Shown here piece by piece: positions 18,897 to 29,872 of a DNA stretch of 58,151 bases. The stretch is taken from positions 1 to 58,151 of the forward strand of contig DAIDLJ010000002.1 in the NCBI GenBank assembly GCA_027449585.1, read 5' to 3'. The position numbers and the translations under genes are program-made. This stretch comes from Candidatus Micrarchaeota archaeon. GTDB taxonomy: Archaea > Micrarchaeota > Micrarchaeia > Micrarchaeales > CABMGC01. Numbering within the stretch: the stretch's first letter is position 1; each line of letters begins with the position of its first letter. Under the pieces are notes generated by a model. That model ran no database searches. It saw only the letters and a program-made list of their open reading frames with translations, and was not told the DNA's origin.

Positions 18897-18901
18897 TGTT
18901 A

Positions 18902-20728
18902 ATGGCAAAGGATATTCCAAAAGCTTACGTATACATAAATGGGAGAGTAGTCGGTACAGTAGCAGAGCCGCTCTCTCTTGTCAACGAGATACGCAGTGGA
19001 AGAAGGAAGGGAATGCTTTCTGGAGAAGTGAATGTCTCATACAATGAGAAGCTGAATTCTGTAAACATAAACACGGACAGGGGAAGAATAAGAAAGCCCT
19101 ATATCATACTTGAGAACGGAAAGCCAAAGCTGACCCCAGAAATAATAGAGAAGCTCAAGAGCAGGGAGATAAACTTCAACTACCTCCTAAGGAACGGGAT
19201 AGTAGAGTACCTTGATGCTGAGGAGGAGGAGAACATGCTTATAGCCCTTAGCGAGAAGGAGATAACTCCAAAGCACACGCACCTTGAGGTAGACATATCG
19301 TCGATATTCGGATTCACGATAAACACCTCACCATATCCTGAGCATAACTCGCTTGCAAGGCACGCGATGCTTGCAAACTTCACAAAGCAGGCGCAGGGAC
19401 TTTACGCTTCAAACTTCAACCAGAGATTCGATTCCAGGGCATACATTCTCTTCTATCCTCAAAAGCCGGTGGTCACAACTGCTGCATACGACACGGTGAA
19501 GATGACAAACCACCCTAGCGGACAGAACTTCGTCGTTGCGCTTTCAACATATTATGGATACAATATGGCAGATGCCATAGTGCTCAATCGCGCTGCGGTA
19601 GACAGGGGACTTGGAAGGAGCATGTTCTACAAGACCTATGTCGACGAGGAGAGGAGATATCCTGGAGGCCAGAGGGACAAGTTCAAGGTGCCTCCACCTA
19701 CTGCGGATGGATACATGGGAGAGCACGTTTATTCAAAGCTCAGCGAGGACGGGATAATAGAGCCGGAGCTGGAAGTGCAGGAGGGTGATGCCCTTATAGG
19801 AAAGGTCGCCCCGCCAAGATTCCTTGAGGAGAACCTGGGCGCAGGAGGGCTCGAGGAGAAGATGAGGGATGATACTGCAGTGCTTAAGACAGGGGAGAAG
19901 GGAGTTGTAGACAGCGTCATATTTACTGAGTCGACAGGTGCGACAAAGATAGTCAAGGTGAGGATCAGGAGCCTGAGGATCCCTGAGAATGGAGACAAGT
20001 TCGCAAGCAGGCACGGACAGAAGGGAGTGGTTGCATTGATAGTACCTCCTGAAGACATGCCGTTCACCGCAGAAGGAGTAGTGCCTGACCTGCTGCTCAA
20101 TCCGCACTCGATACCTACAAGGCTTACTTTCGGACACCTGCTTGAGACCCTGGGAGGGAAAGCTGGAGCAGTCAATGGAGAGATAGTCGACGGAACGGCA
20201 TTTGCAGAGAAGGGCTCGGACAGGATAGAGAGCTACGGAAAGGTGCTCGAGCAGCATGGATTTGACAGGTACGGCAACGAGGTGCTCTATGACGGAATGA
20301 CAGGCATGCCTTTCAGGTCGCAGATATTCAACGGAGTGGTATACTACAACAGGCTCTACCACATGGTCAGCAACAAGATACAGGTCAGGAGCAGAGGAAA
20401 GGTGCAGATACTCACCCACCAGCCTACGGAAGGAAAGGCAAGGCAGGGAGCGCTAAGGTTCGGAGAGATGGAACGTGACGCCCTCATAGGATACGGAGCG
20501 AGCCTTCTTTTGAAGGAGCGTCTGCTCGACCAGAGCGACAAGGCAGTCGTACTGGTATGCAAGGACTGCGGAATGCTCGGATATTACGATCATATAAAGA
20601 AGACGATGATATGCCCTCTGACAAAGGGAAGCAACTTCGTCGAAGTTGAAATAAGCTATGCCTTCAAGGTGCTGCTTGACGAGATCAAGTCGCTGCACAT
20701 AATGACGAGCATAAAGCTTAACGAGTGA
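18902..20728 (+). CDS. rpoB1: RNA polymerase subunit B' (Rpo2 C-terminal half)
   Basis: GYNMADA, GDKFASRHGQKG, RFGEMERD. Confidence 0.96.
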   Translation: MAKDIPKAYVYINGRVVGTVAEPLSLVNEIRSGRRKGMLSGEVNVSYNEKLNSVNINTDRGRIRKPYIILENGKPKLTPEIIEKLKSREINFNYLLRNGIVEYLDAEEEENMLIALSEKEITPKHTHLEVDISSIFGFTINTSPYPEHNSLARHAMLANFTKQAQGLYASNFNQRFDSRAYILFYPQKPVVTTAAYDTVKMTNHPSGQNFVVALSTYYGYNMADAIVLNRAAVDRGLGRSMFYKTYVDEERRYPGGQRDKFKVPPPTADGYMGEHVYSKLSEDGIIEPELEVQEGDALIGKVAPPRFLEENLGAGGLEEKMRDDTAVLKTGEKGVVDSVIFTESTGATKIVKVRIRSLRIPENGDKFASRHGQKGVVALIVPPEDMPFTAEGVVPDLLLNPHSIPTRLTFGHLLETLGGKAGAVNGEIVDGTAFAEKGSDRIESYGKVLEQHGFDRYGNEVLYDGMTGMPFRSQIFNGVVYYNRLYHMVSNKIQVRSRGKVQILTHQPTEGKARQGALRFGEMERDALIGYGASLLLKERLLDQSDKAVVLVCKDCGMLGYYDHIKKTMICPLTKGSNFVEVEISYAFKVLLDEIKSLHIMTSIKLNE

Positions 20729-20733
20729 TGATC

Positions 20734-23298
20734 ATGCAGACAGAGGTAATAGAGAACATAAAATTCGGGATAGTAAGCCCTGATGACGCTAAGAAGATAA
20801 GCGTGGTCAAGCTCACGGTGCCGGACACCTATAACGAGGACGGCTACCCTATAGAGGGAGGGCTGCTCGACCAGAGGATGGGCGTCATAGACCCAGGGCT
20901 GCTCTGCAAGACATGCGGAGCGAGAGCCAAGTCCTGCCCAGGGCACTTTGGAAGAATTGAATTGGTAAGGCCGGTGCTGCACTCCGAGTTCTCAAAGATA
21001 GTGTATATGATACTTCAATCGACGTGTAAGAGCTGCCATAAGCTGCTCCTTAGCGACGAGCACATAGACGAGTACAAGAATGCGCTTGCAAAGCTTGACA
21101 AGGTTGAGGAGGTTGCTACAGAGGCCATTGAAGAGAAGGTGGAGGCCGGATCCCTGCCTATGCTCAAGAGGCTCAAGAACATGAAGAAGTGCGAGAGGTG
21201 CGGCACGCCGAAAGGCAAACTCAAGTTCTCGGCTCCGACATACTTCTACGTTGACGACTACAAACTCAAGCCTGATGAGATAAGGGACCTCCTTGCAGCG
21301 ATAAGCGTCGAGGACCTTGGCGTGCTTGGCGTAGACTCGATTGCAAGCAGGCCGGAGTGGCTCGTTCTGAGCGTGCTTCTTGTGCCTCCAGTAAATGTAA
21401 GGCCTTCAATCACCTTGGAGAGCGGGGAGAGGAGCGAGGACGACCTAACCCACAAGCTTGTGGATATAATGCGTATAAACTTGAGGCTCGAGCAGAACCT
21501 GAATGCAGGCGCGCCTCAGATAATCATAGACGACCTATGGGAGCTTTTGCAGTATCACGTGACCACATACTTCAACAATGAGACGGCAAGCATACCTCCG
21601 GCAAGGCACAGGAGCGGAAGGGCGCTTAAGACGCTCGCTCAGAGGCTCAAGGGCAAGGAGGGGAGATTCAGGTACAACCTGAGCGGAAAGAGGGTCAACT
21701 ACTCCGCAAGAACAGTAATCAGCGTAGACCCTAACATAAATCTGGACGAGGTAGGAGTGCCGCTGGAGATAGCCTCCAAGCTCACGGTGCCTTTCTATGT
21801 GACCATGTGGAACCTGGAGAAGGCCAAGGAGCTGCTGCTTAGGACAGAATACCCGATGATAATAAATGTCATATCCAAGGACGGAAAGAGGAAGAGGGTC
21901 ATAGACCTCAACAGGGAGGAGCTGATAAAGGACCTTCAGCCTGGAGACGTGATGGAGAGGCAGCTGATGGACGGCGACGTAACGCTCTTCAACAGGCAGC
22001 CTTCGCTTCACAGGGTATCGATAATGTCGCACAAGGCAAAGGTTCTGAGCGGAAGGACATTCAGGATGAACTACTGCGTGACGCCGCCTTACAATGCAGA
22101 CTTCGACGGAGACGAGATGAACCTCCACGTGCCGCAGAACCTTGAGGCGCAGGCAGAGGCATCATATCTTATGAGCCCGCAGTACCAGATCTTCTCGCCA
22201 AGGGACGGAGATGCGATAATAACCAACAACGAGGACGGAATAACCGGAATGTACCTGATGACAAAGGAGGACAATTATCTTACAAAGGAGCAGGCAGTGT
22301 ACATGCTCTCGATAGCAAAGGTGTACGAGCTGCCTGCGCCTACAAAGGATGGACTATACCGCGGTAGGGACATCTTCAGCGTTCTTTTGCCTAAGGGGCT
22401 CAACTTCACCGGGAAGTCGACCAAGTCGCCTTTCGTGATAAAGGACGGCAAGCTCGTGAATGGAGTGGTGACAAAGGAGACCTTCGGAAGGGGGGACAAC
22501 AAGCTTCTGGTCAAGATAGGCAAGGACTATGGATACGAGGTGCTAAAGGAGTTCATATTCAAGTCGGCAAAAGTGGCTGACGCATACGTCACATTGATGG
22601 GAGTGACTGTGGGAGTAAAGGAATACACTACGAGCAGCAAGCTCGAAGTGGAGAGGGTGAGGCTGCTGCAGGAGACCTTCGGAAAGATAGAGGCGCTGAT
22701 CTCGCAGTACAAGACGAGGAAGCTTGAGCCGCTCATAGGATACACGCTAAGGCAGTCGCTTGAGAGGATGATAATAGCCGAGCTCAACCTGGTAAGGGAC
22801 AAGGCAGGAGAGACGCTGCTTAGGTACGAGACCTCTGAAGACAATGCCGCAGTTGAGATGACCAGGTCAGGATCTAGGGGAAGCGTGCTTAACATAGAGC
22901 AGATGACGATGTTCCTCGGACAGCAGGCAACCCTGAGCGGAGGAAGGATCAAGAGAGGATACTACACGAACAGAGTGCTTCCGCACATAGAGCCTGGAGA
23001 CGTAAGGCCAGGGGCGAGGGGCTTTGTGGCCACATCATATTATTCAGGTCTTGCACCAACCGACCTCTTCATGCACGCGGTAGGTTCAAGGAGCTCTGAG
23101 GTCTATAAGGCGCTGCTTACGGCAAGGTCCGGTTACCTTTACAGAAGGCTTTCAAATGCCCTGCAGGACTACTGCGTAGACTCTGACTACAGCGTTAGGG
23201 ATGCGAACAACAACCTGATCCAGACGGTCTACGGAGGAGACATGGTAAACCCGATCTTTGTGCAGTTCCAGAAGCTCGAGGCAGATGAGAAAGAGTGA
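20734..23298 (+). CDS. rpoA1: RNA polymerase subunit A'
   Basis: CKTC..CPGHFG zinc site, FNRQPSLH, catalytic [11 protein letters not shown]. Confidence 0.97.
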   Translation: MQTEVIENIKFGIVSPDDAKKISVVKLTVPDTYNEDGYPIEGGLLDQRMGVIDPGLLCKTCGARAKSCPGHFGRIELVRPVLHSEFSKIVYMILQSTCKSCHKLLLSDEHIDEYKNALAKLDKVEEVATEAIEEKVEAGSLPMLKRLKNMKKCERCGTPKGKLKFSAPTYFYVDDYKLKPDEIRDLLAAISVEDLGVLGVDSIASRPEWLVLSVLLVPPVNVRPSITLESGERSEDDLTHKLVDIMRINLRLEQNLNAGAPQIIIDDLWELLQYHVTTYFNNETASIPPARHRSGRALKTLAQRLKGKEGRFRYNLSGKRVNYSARTVISVDPNINLDEVGVPLEIASKLTVPFYVTMWNLEKAKELLLRTEYPMIINVISKDGKRKRVIDLNREELIKDLQPGDVMERQLMDGDVTLFNRQPSLHRVSIMSHKAKVLSGRTFRMNYCVTPPYNADFDGDEMNLHVPQNLEAQAEASYLMSPQYQIFSPRDGDAIITNNEDGITGMYLMTKEDNYLTKEQAVYMLSIAKVYELPAPTKDGLYRGRDIFSVLLPKGLNFTGKSTKSPFVIKDGKLVNGVVTKETFGRGDNKLLVKIGKDYGYEVLKEFIFKSAKVADAYVTLMGVTVGVKEYTTSSKLEVERVRLLQETFGKIEALISQYKTRKLEPLIGYTLRQSLERMIIAELNLVRDKAGETLLRYETSEDNAAVEMTRSGSRGSVLNIEQMTMFLGQQATLSGGRIKRGYYTNRVLPHIEPGDVRPGARGFVATSYYSGLAPTDLFMHAVGSRSSEVYKALLTARSGYLYRRLSNALQDYCVDSDYSVRDANNNLIQTVYGGDMVNPIFVQFQKLEADEKE

Positions 23299-23303
23299 TA
23301 TTT

Positions 23304-24362
23304 ATGGCAAAAGACAAGGAAGTTTCAAAGTATCTGGTCGAATATGGCGAGCCGGTGGGCATAATAGCCGCCCAGTCGGTAGGAGAGCCTGGAACGCAGA
23401 TGATCCTTAGGTCATTCCACCTTGCAGGTATAGAGTCAACGATATCGACTTCCGGACTGCCAAGGATCATCGAGCTGGTTGACGCTAAGAAGAAGCCATC
23501 CACACCGATAACATACATCTATCTCGATGAGAAGATAGGGAAGAACTTTGACAGGGCAACGGAGGTGCTAAAGAGCATAAACGAGGTAAGGATGGGAAGC
23601 ATAGCAAAGAGGGTTCTTGAGAACTTCACAAAGGGAAAGATAAAGGTCGTGCTCGACAAGCAGGAACTTGAATCGGAAGGCGTAACGATAAGGCATGTGG
23701 CAAGCAAGATAGACAAGGCCCTGAACCTGGACTCTGTGGTCGAAGACAACGGCATAGTAATAAGCATGCACACAAGGAACCTAAAGGAGATACGCGCGGC
23801 AACGATAAACCTGATGAAGATGCTTGTGAGCGGAGTTGACGGCGCAGGAAAGGGGACGATAAGGAGGGATGACAAGACTGGAGAGTTCTACCTGGTATCG
23901 GCAGGAAGCAACATAGAAGGGATAATGCAGGTGGAAGGCGTGGACAAGACAAGGACTACGACCAATGATGTTTTCGCAATCTACAGGCTCTTTGGAATAG
24001 AGGCCGCAAGGAATTCGCTTGCACTTGAGCTCAAGAAGACTCTCAAGGAGCAGAAGATCTCGGTGGATGAAAGGCACCTTAACCTAATCGCAGATGCCAT
24101 GACCGCAAGCGGGACCATAAAGGGAGTCGGAAGGCACGGACTGAGCGGGGAGAAGAAGTCTGTCTTTGCAAGGGCTGCGTACGAAGAGACGCTCAAGCAC
24201 CTGATCCATGCTGCTGCATTCGGCGAGGTGGATTCAATGCGCGGAGTCACCGAGAACATACTCGTTGGAAAGCAGATACCAATAGGCACTGGCGCAGTCA
24301 GGCTCGCGATAAAGAAAGAGGATATGGCAAAGATCAAGCCGCAGTCTTCAAAGAAGGACTAA
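23304..24362 (+). CDS. rpoA2: RNA polymerase subunit A''
   Basis: [44 protein letters not shown]. Confidence 0.96.
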   Translation: MAKDKEVSKYLVEYGEPVGIIAAQSVGEPGTQMILRSFHLAGIESTISTSGLPRIIELVDAKKKPSTPITYIYLDEKIGKNFDRATEVLKSINEVRMGSIAKRVLENFTKGKIKVVLDKQELESEGVTIRHVASKIDKALNLDSVVEDNGIVISMHTRNLKEIRAATINLMKMLVSGVDGAGKGTIRRDDKTGEFYLVSAGSNIEGIMQVEGVDKTRTTTNDVFAIYRLFGIEAARNSLALELKKTLKEQKISVDERHLNLIADAMTASGTIKGVGRHGLSGEKKSVFARAAYEETLKHLIHAAAFGEVDSMRGVTENILVGKQIPIGTGAVRLAIKKEDMAKIKPQSSKKD

Positions 24363-24401
24363 TGCTTAACTTGCGCTTGTCTTGGACCTGCCTTATCGCA
24401 T

Positions 24402-25736
24402 CTAGGATTTTTGTTTTTGCATGCCAAAGTTTACCTTCTTTATGGCATCCTCAAGTATGTCCATACCCTCCTCGAGGTTCTTCTGATTGATGGTTATAGG
24501 GGGAATTATCCTTAGCGAGGAGAACCCGGTTGGGAGCATGAGCAGGCCGTTGTTGAACGCCTCAACCGTTACATCATCACGCCCCTTAGGCGCCGGATCC
24601 TTTGACTTCTTGTCCTTTACGAACTCTATTGCAATCATCATGCCCAGGCCGCGCACGTCGCCGACTATCTCGTACTTCTCCTTCATCTCTTCGAGCCTGG
24701 CCAGCATATACCTGCCCTTCCTTCTTGCCTGGCCCTCTATTGAGGCCTTGTTCTTCATCACGTACTTGAGCTGCGCATCCGCGGCAGCCACCGCCGCAAG
24801 ATTTCCGCCGAAAGTATTTGAGTGGGCGCCTTCCGGCACGTCGCCCAGTGACTTCTTTACAACCGTGATCCCAATGGGCAGGCCTGCGCCAACGGCCTTG
24901 GCCATCGTATAGATATCGGCCTTCACGCCGAAGTTGTCAAGGGCGAGGAACTTTCCAGCCCTGAAATATCCTGCCTGCACCTCGTCTGAGACGAAGAGCA
25001 TTCCATTGTCCTGTGCTATCTCCTTTATTCCAAGTATAAATTCTTTTGGAGGGACTATATATCCGCCCTCCCCCTGCACAGGCTCTACGAACATTGCAGC
25101 GACCTCCTTGCCAGATACTTCCCTGCCAAGCGCGTACTTCTTTATGTAGTCCACGCACGCCATGCCGCATGATGGATACTCCTTGCCGAATGGGCAACGG
25201 TAGCAGTAGGCGTATGGGGCATGCACCGCCGCTGAGAACGGGCCGAAGTGCTCCCTGTGAGCGACCTTTGAAGCGGTAAGTGAGAGCGAGCCCATGGTCC
25301 TTCCGTGGAATGCGCCGTAGAAGGCCATGACGTACTGCCTCTTTGTGAATATCTTTGCATACTTTATGGCTGCCTCGTTTGCCTCGGTACCTGAGTTTGA
25401 GAAGAAGATCCTGCCAAATCCGTCGGGGAACATCTTGAGAACGTTCTCAGCGAATGTTACTGGCTCTTCTGCATAGTAATCGGTGAATGCGGCGTGAGAC
25501 AATTTGTCTATCTGCCTCTTTGCCGCCTCGCGCGCCTGCTTTGAGGCATTGACCCCGAAGTTGTAGACGCTTATGAAGGATGAGAAGTCGATGAACTTGT
25601 TTCCTGAGACGTCATAGACGAAGTCGCCGTCCCCGTGGGATGCAACGAATGGGACGTCCCCGCGCGTCGTTGTCATTATTACCTTGCTGTCCCTTGCAAT
25701 GATTCTCTTTATCTTATCGGTGTATATGAATTTCAT
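24402..25736 (-). CDS. Class III PLP aminotransferase (4-aminobutyrate/acetylornithine type)
   Basis: NSGTEANEAA, FHGRT, EPVQGEGGY, DEVQAG, MAKAVG (PLP lysine), NTFGGN. Confidence 0.92.
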   Translation of the reverse strand: MKFIYTDKIKRIIARDSKVIMTTTRGDVPFVASHGDGDFVYDVSGNKFIDFSSFISVYNFGVNASKQAREAAKRQIDKLSHAAFTDYYAEEPVTFAENVLKMFPDGFGRIFFSNSGTEANEAAIKYAKIFTKRQYVMAFYGAFHGRTMGSLSLTASKVAHREHFGPFSAAVHAPYAYCYRCPFGKEYPSCGMACVDYIKKYALGREVSGKEVAAMFVEPVQGEGGYIVPPKEFILGIKEIAQDNGMLFVSDEVQAGYFRAGKFLALDNFGVKADIYTMAKAVGAGLPIGITVVKKSLGDVPEGAHSNTFGGNLAAVAAADAQLKYVMKNKASIEGQARRKGRYMLARLEEMKEKYEIVGDVRGLGMMIAIEFVKDKKSKDPAPKGRDDVTVEAFNNGLLMLPTGFSSLRIIPPITINQKNLEEGMDILEDAIKKVNFGMQKQKS

Positions 25737-25802
25737 CCAGCTCCCGCTAAGAATTGGACGTGAAATTAATTAACACTTTCCTTAGGAAGACTAACCAGGA
25801 TA

Positions 25803-26042
25803 TCAGGACTTGAGCTTGGCCTTGTCTATCTCAAGGACCCTTGCGAGCTGGTCCTTGTCCCCCAATGACACCTTCTCTGAGAGGAACTCGAGGTGCTGTA
25901 CGTTGCACTTCCTCTCCTTTGGCCTTACGGAGCTTATTATCCTTACAAAGCTGCCGTCGACCACCTTGGTTATTACTGCCCTGCTACCTGCGTCCCTTCC
26001 AAGCTTCTTTATGCAGACTCTTCCTTCTTCTATTAGTGCCAT
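25803..26042 (-). CDS. rpl14e: Ribosomal protein eL14
   Basis: EEGRVCIKKLGRDAG KOW motif; conserved position after cmk. Confidence 0.92.
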   Translation of the reverse strand: MALIEEGRVCIKKLGRDAGSRAVITKVVDGSFVRIISSVRPKERKCNVQHLEFLSEKVSLGDKDQLARVLEIDKAKLKS

Positions 26043-26043
26043 T

Positions 26044-26565
26044 CTATCTACCATTCTTTTTTGTCTTTATTTTAACAAGCGCGATTATGAGGTCAGCTGC
26101 CTGTGATATGCTTACCTTGTCAGTGTTTATATCTATATCGAATACCCTCCTGTTGTCGAGGTCTATTCCGTATATCTTCTTGTACCTACTCCTGTTGGTG
26201 TCGTCCTTCTCTATGACGTACTGCCTTGCATGCCTAAGCGGCTTGCCAAGCTCCTTTATCTTCCTCTTGATACGCGTGTCGAGGCTTGCATGCAGCCAGA
26301 CCTTGACCACTGCGTCCTTTATGAGCCAGGGCCCAAGCCATGTGGTGACTACGCTGTCCTCCATCCTTGCCTCCCTTATTATCTCCTGGTCGAACGACCT
26401 CTCGAACTGGGGTGTTGCATTCTTGGAGAACTTGAGAAGCTCCCTCCCAGCTGGTATGAACTTCTTGTGCGTCATTGAGACGTGCTTTATCTTAAGCTTC
26501 TTTGCAACCATGTCCCCTATGGTGGTCTTTCCTGAACCGGTAAGGCCGGATATAGCTATTATCAT
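26044..26565 (-). CDS. cmk: Cytidylate kinase (archaeal type)
   Basis: IAISGLTGSGKTT, RYKKIYGID; position between eL34 and eL14. Confidence 0.88.
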   Translation of the reverse strand: MIIAISGLTGSGKTTIGDMVAKKLKIKHVSMTHKKFIPAGRELLKFSKNATPQFERSFDQEIIREARMEDSVVTTWLGPWLIKDAVVKVWLHASLDTRIKRKIKELGKPLRHARQYVIEKDDTNRSRYKKIYGIDLDNRRVFDIDINTDKVSISQAADLIIALVKIKTKKNGR

Positions 26566-26575
26566 TCCGACAACT

Positions 26576-26896
26576 TCAGTGGGATATCATCTGCAAGACG
26601 AACTGCCTGTCCACTATGCTTATGTCGTTGAGCTTCATCTCTCCGTGTTCTATCCTGCTTGCAAGCTTTATGACCTTGCCCGTGCATGACGAGCATAGGA
26701 CTCCGCCGAACTTCCTGGAGTTGGTTGACGTGCTCTTCCCCCTAGGCTTTAGGGAGATGCCGTTGAGCTCGCTCTTGCATATGGCGCAGTGCGGCATCGA
26801 CGTAGCTCTGCGCTTGTAGTGAATCACGTGCCTGTTCTTTGGCGTGACCCGATCCAGCCTCCTGAAGCTTCTTGATCTATGCATTGGTTTTGGCAA
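26576..26896 (-). CDS. rpl34e: Ribosomal protein eL34
   Basis: MPKPMHRSRS, CAIC, RKFGGVLCSSC; TTG start. Confidence 0.93.
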   Translation of the reverse strand: MPKPMHRSRSFRRLDRVTPKNRHVIHYKRRATSMPHCAICKSELNGISLKPRGKSTSTNSRKFGGVLCSSCTGKVIKLASRIEHGEMKLNDISIVDRQFVLQMISH

Positions 26897-26904
26897 ATTA
26901 ACAC

Positions 26905-27363
26905 CTATTGAGCAGTATTTGCAACCGCCTGTTTCTTGGCCGTGACGCGCTCATACGCAGCAAGCAGTATGCTGCTGAGCATTCCAAGAACGAAGGATGC
27001 TGCTATGAAGAATGTTTTGTATGGAAGAGTATATGAAAGTACCGTAACCGTGAGCGTGGCCGGGAAGAGCATCGGAAGCAGCACGTAGAAGAGCAGGAAG
27101 AATATGGGCAGTATTATCAGCGTTGGCTTTATCTGGTGCTTCATGCTCTCTGATGCAAGCTCGGTTATCTCCTTCTGCTTGAGCTCTACTATCTCCTTGC
27201 TTACGTCCTTTTCGAAGGCCCGCAGCTCCTTCATCTTTGCGTCCATCTCCTTCTTTATCTCCTTTATCCGCTTGTAGTTTGCTATCCTCCTCTGCGCAAA
27301 GACCGAGAACGAGACGTAGAGTATCGCTATTGCTATCAGCGCTATTATTGGGTTCAAATTCAT
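26905..27363 (-). CDS. DUF106 / EMC3-TMCO1 (Oxa1-superfamily) membrane protein
   Basis: TM - coiled coil - two TM architecture; conserved adk-DUF106-eL34 context; start MNLNP overlaps the adk stop. Confidence 0.85.
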   Translation of the reverse strand: MNLNPIIALIAIAILYVSFSVFAQRRIANYKRIKEIKKEMDAKMKELRAFEKDVSKEIVELKQKEITELASESMKHQIKPTLIILPIFFLLFYVLLPMLFPATLTVTVLSYTLPYKTFFIAASFVLGMLSSILLAAYERVTAKKQAVANTAQ

Positions 27364-27935
27364 CCTCCGACTATCTCTTTTGTTATCCTGTGGACCTCTT
27401 CGACCGCCTTCGAGAGCGCGCCGTCCTGGTTGTAGATTATGTATATTGGTATGTTTAGGTATACTGCGAATGTTGATATTATTGAGATATTGACGCTCCT
27501 CCACTCGTCTATCTCCGTGATCGTATCATAGGCCCTCTTCCTTGAATGATCGCTTAGGCTTCTTTGGAGTATCTCCTCGGAGGTTGCATCTATGTAGATT
27601 ATTGCGCTTATCCTTATCTTCTGCAGCTCGTCTATCGAGAATCCGGGCCTGTATCTCCTTCCCTGCTTTACCGATGCGTGCGTGTCTATTATTGCGTCCT
27701 CCTTGGAGTCGATTATCTTCTGCATTATGCCGTTCCTTATAGCTATCGTTGTCTTGTCGTCTATTACCCTGAGCTGGTCCCTGTCAGTCATGTTGAACTT
27801 CTCCCGGGCGATCTCCAGCATCTCAGTTCCAAGATTTATGACCTTGAGCTTATCTCCGCCAAGCTTTGGGAGCTCGGCAAGTATTGTGCTCTTTCCTGCG
27901 CCGGCGGTTCCTGTTACGAGTATTAGCTTTGTCAT
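27360..27935 (-). CDS. adkA: Adenylate kinase (archaeal type)
   Basis: GTAGAGKST, NLGTEM, DRDQLR, IIDTHA motifs. Confidence 0.9.
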   Translation of the reverse strand: MTKLILVTGTAGAGKSTILAELPKLGGDKLKVINLGTEMLEIAREKFNMTDRDQLRVIDDKTTIAIRNGIMQKIIDSKEDAIIDTHASVKQGRRYRPGFSIDELQKIRISAIIYIDATSEEILQRSLSDHSRKRAYDTITEIDEWRSVNISIISTFAVYLNIPIYIIYNQDGALSKAVEEVHRITKEIVGG

Positions 27936-28062
27936 ATTAACTCCAGTGAAGAATACTATAATATATGCTAAGGTATAAAAGTGTGGCTCTTTATCGGAAT
28001 TATGACGTATAATGGCCGCATTTTACGGCCATTTTAGCCACAATTACCTTTTTGGAATCTTT

Positions 28063-29718
28063 TTAGTCCTCCATCCCGCCCATGCCGCCAGGCATGCCTC
28101 CTCCAGGAGGTCCCTGCGGCCTGCTTCCCTTGGAACTTATCATGTCATCTATCCTTAGGATCGAGACTGTAGCCTCGGTGGCGCTGGTTATTGCCTGGGA
28201 CTTCACCTTTAGAGGCTCTATTACTCCAAGCTTGTCCATGTCCGCAACTGTATTTGAGTATACGTCTACTCCGAAGTTCTTTCCTGAAGACGCCTTGTGC
28301 TTGCTGCGAAGCTGCACAAGCGTGTCTATAGGGTCCATTCCTGCGCTGTCTGCAAGGGCCTTTGGTATGACTTCGAGTGCGTCGGCAAATGCCTGTATTG
28401 CAAGCTGCTCCCTTCCGCCTATGTCCGTAGCCATGTCCCTGAGCTTCATTGCAACTTCGACTTCGGTGCTTCCGCCTCCTGTGACATACTTGCCCTCCTC
28501 CACGGCGCTTGTGAGCGCGCCTAGCACGTCGGTTATGGCCCTCTCCACCTCATCTGTGGACTGTTTTGTGCCTCCCCTTATGAATATCGTTACGCTCTTT
28601 GGATCCTTGCACTTCTCCACGAAGACCATCTGCTCTCCAGATATCTTCCTCTCCTCCACTAAGCCTGCGAATCCAAGGTCTGAGTCGGTGAGGTCGTCAA
28701 GGCTTGTCACCATCCTTGCTCCGGTGGCCTTTGCAAGCTTCTCCATGTCGCTCTTCTTGACTCTCCTAACTGCAGATACGCCTGCCTTTGCAAGATAGTG
28801 CTGGGCTACATCATCTATGCCCTTCTGCACGAATACGACGTTGGCCTTGCTCTTTGTGACCTTCTCGACCATCTGCTTGAGCATCTTCTCCTCCTGGTTG
28901 AGGAATGCCTGCATCTGCTCTGGCGAAGTTATCTCTATCTTTGCATCGGTCTCTGTCTTCTCTATCTCAAGAGCCACGTCTAGAAGAGCGATCTTCGCGT
29001 TCTTAACTGACTTTGGCATGCCTGGGTGGGCCATCTCCTTGTCAACAAGCACTCCGTTTATGAACTCAGTGTCGTCTATGCTGCCCCCTTCCTTCTTCTC
29101 CAGCTTTATGAAGTCCTTGTCTATCACGTATCCGTTGTCTTGCTTCTCTGCAACCTGCTCTATAGCCTGTATGGCGAGCTTTACAAGTGCGCTCTTGGTG
29201 TTTGCACTTCCAATGTTCTTTGATCCTATTGATATCTGGGCTATCTTCTCGAGCTTATCAGTGTCCTTTATGGTTATTGGATTTGATGCCGTCTTGAGGG
29301 CCTGGATTGCGCGCTCCCTAGCCATATCATATCCCTTTATTATCGCTGCTGGTGGGATTCCCTGGTCCAAGAGATTTCCGGCGTTCCTAAGAAGGTCTCC
29401 GGCCACTATTACTGCCGATGTTGTTCCGTCCCCAACCTCCTTGTCCTGGGTCTTTGCCACTTCAACGAGTATCTTTGCCACCGGGTGCTCAACGTTCATC
29501 TCTTCAAGTATGGTTGCACCGTCGTTTGTTATGACTATGTCTCCAAGCTCGCTTACAAGCATCTTGTCCATTCCCTTAGGGCCGAGTGTCGTCTTTACTA
29601 TGCTAGCTACTGCGTATCCGACTGCAATGTTGGTCCTCTGGGCCTCCTTTCCAAGAAGCCTGCTTGCGCCTTCCGGCAATACCATGTACTGATTTCCACC
29701 TAGTTGATTTTCTGCCAT
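28063..29718 (-). CDS. ths: Thermosome (group II chaperonin) subunit
   Basis: TTLGPKGMDKML, TNDGATIL, GDGTT, GGM-rich tail. Confidence 0.98.
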   Translation of the reverse strand: MAENQLGGNQYMVLPEGASRLLGKEAQRTNIAVGYAVASIVKTTLGPKGMDKMLVSELGDIVITNDGATILEEMNVEHPVAKILVEVAKTQDKEVGDGTTSAVIVAGDLLRNAGNLLDQGIPPAAIIKGYDMARERAIQALKTASNPITIKDTDKLEKIAQISIGSKNIGSANTKSALVKLAIQAIEQVAEKQDNGYVIDKDFIKLEKKEGGSIDDTEFINGVLVDKEMAHPGMPKSVKNAKIALLDVALEIEKTETDAKIEITSPEQMQAFLNQEEKMLKQMVEKVTKSKANVVFVQKGIDDVAQHYLAKAGVSAVRRVKKSDMEKLAKATGARMVTSLDDLTDSDLGFAGLVEERKISGEQMVFVEKCKDPKSVTIFIRGGTKQSTDEVERAITDVLGALTSAVEEGKYVTGGGSTEVEVAMKLRDMATDIGGREQLAIQAFADALEVIPKALADSAGMDPIDTLVQLRSKHKASSGKNFGVDVYSNTVADMDKLGVIEPLKVKSQAITSATEATVSILRIDDMISSKGSRPQGPPGGGMPGGMGGMED

Positions 29719-29872
29719 ATTCTCATCCTTTTTCGATTTTACAAATAGAAATATCGTGATTAATGCTTAGGATATTCAAAATCTGCACATATTATATGCC
29801 CGGTAATATTTTTATAGGTTTCTGAAGATGGTTTTACGAGGACAGCTGCGACTTGTGCGGCATGGGCGGGAT

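Noticed and set aside
17424..20728. Split rpoB as a novelty
   Set aside because: The B''/B' split is a well-known state in many archaea
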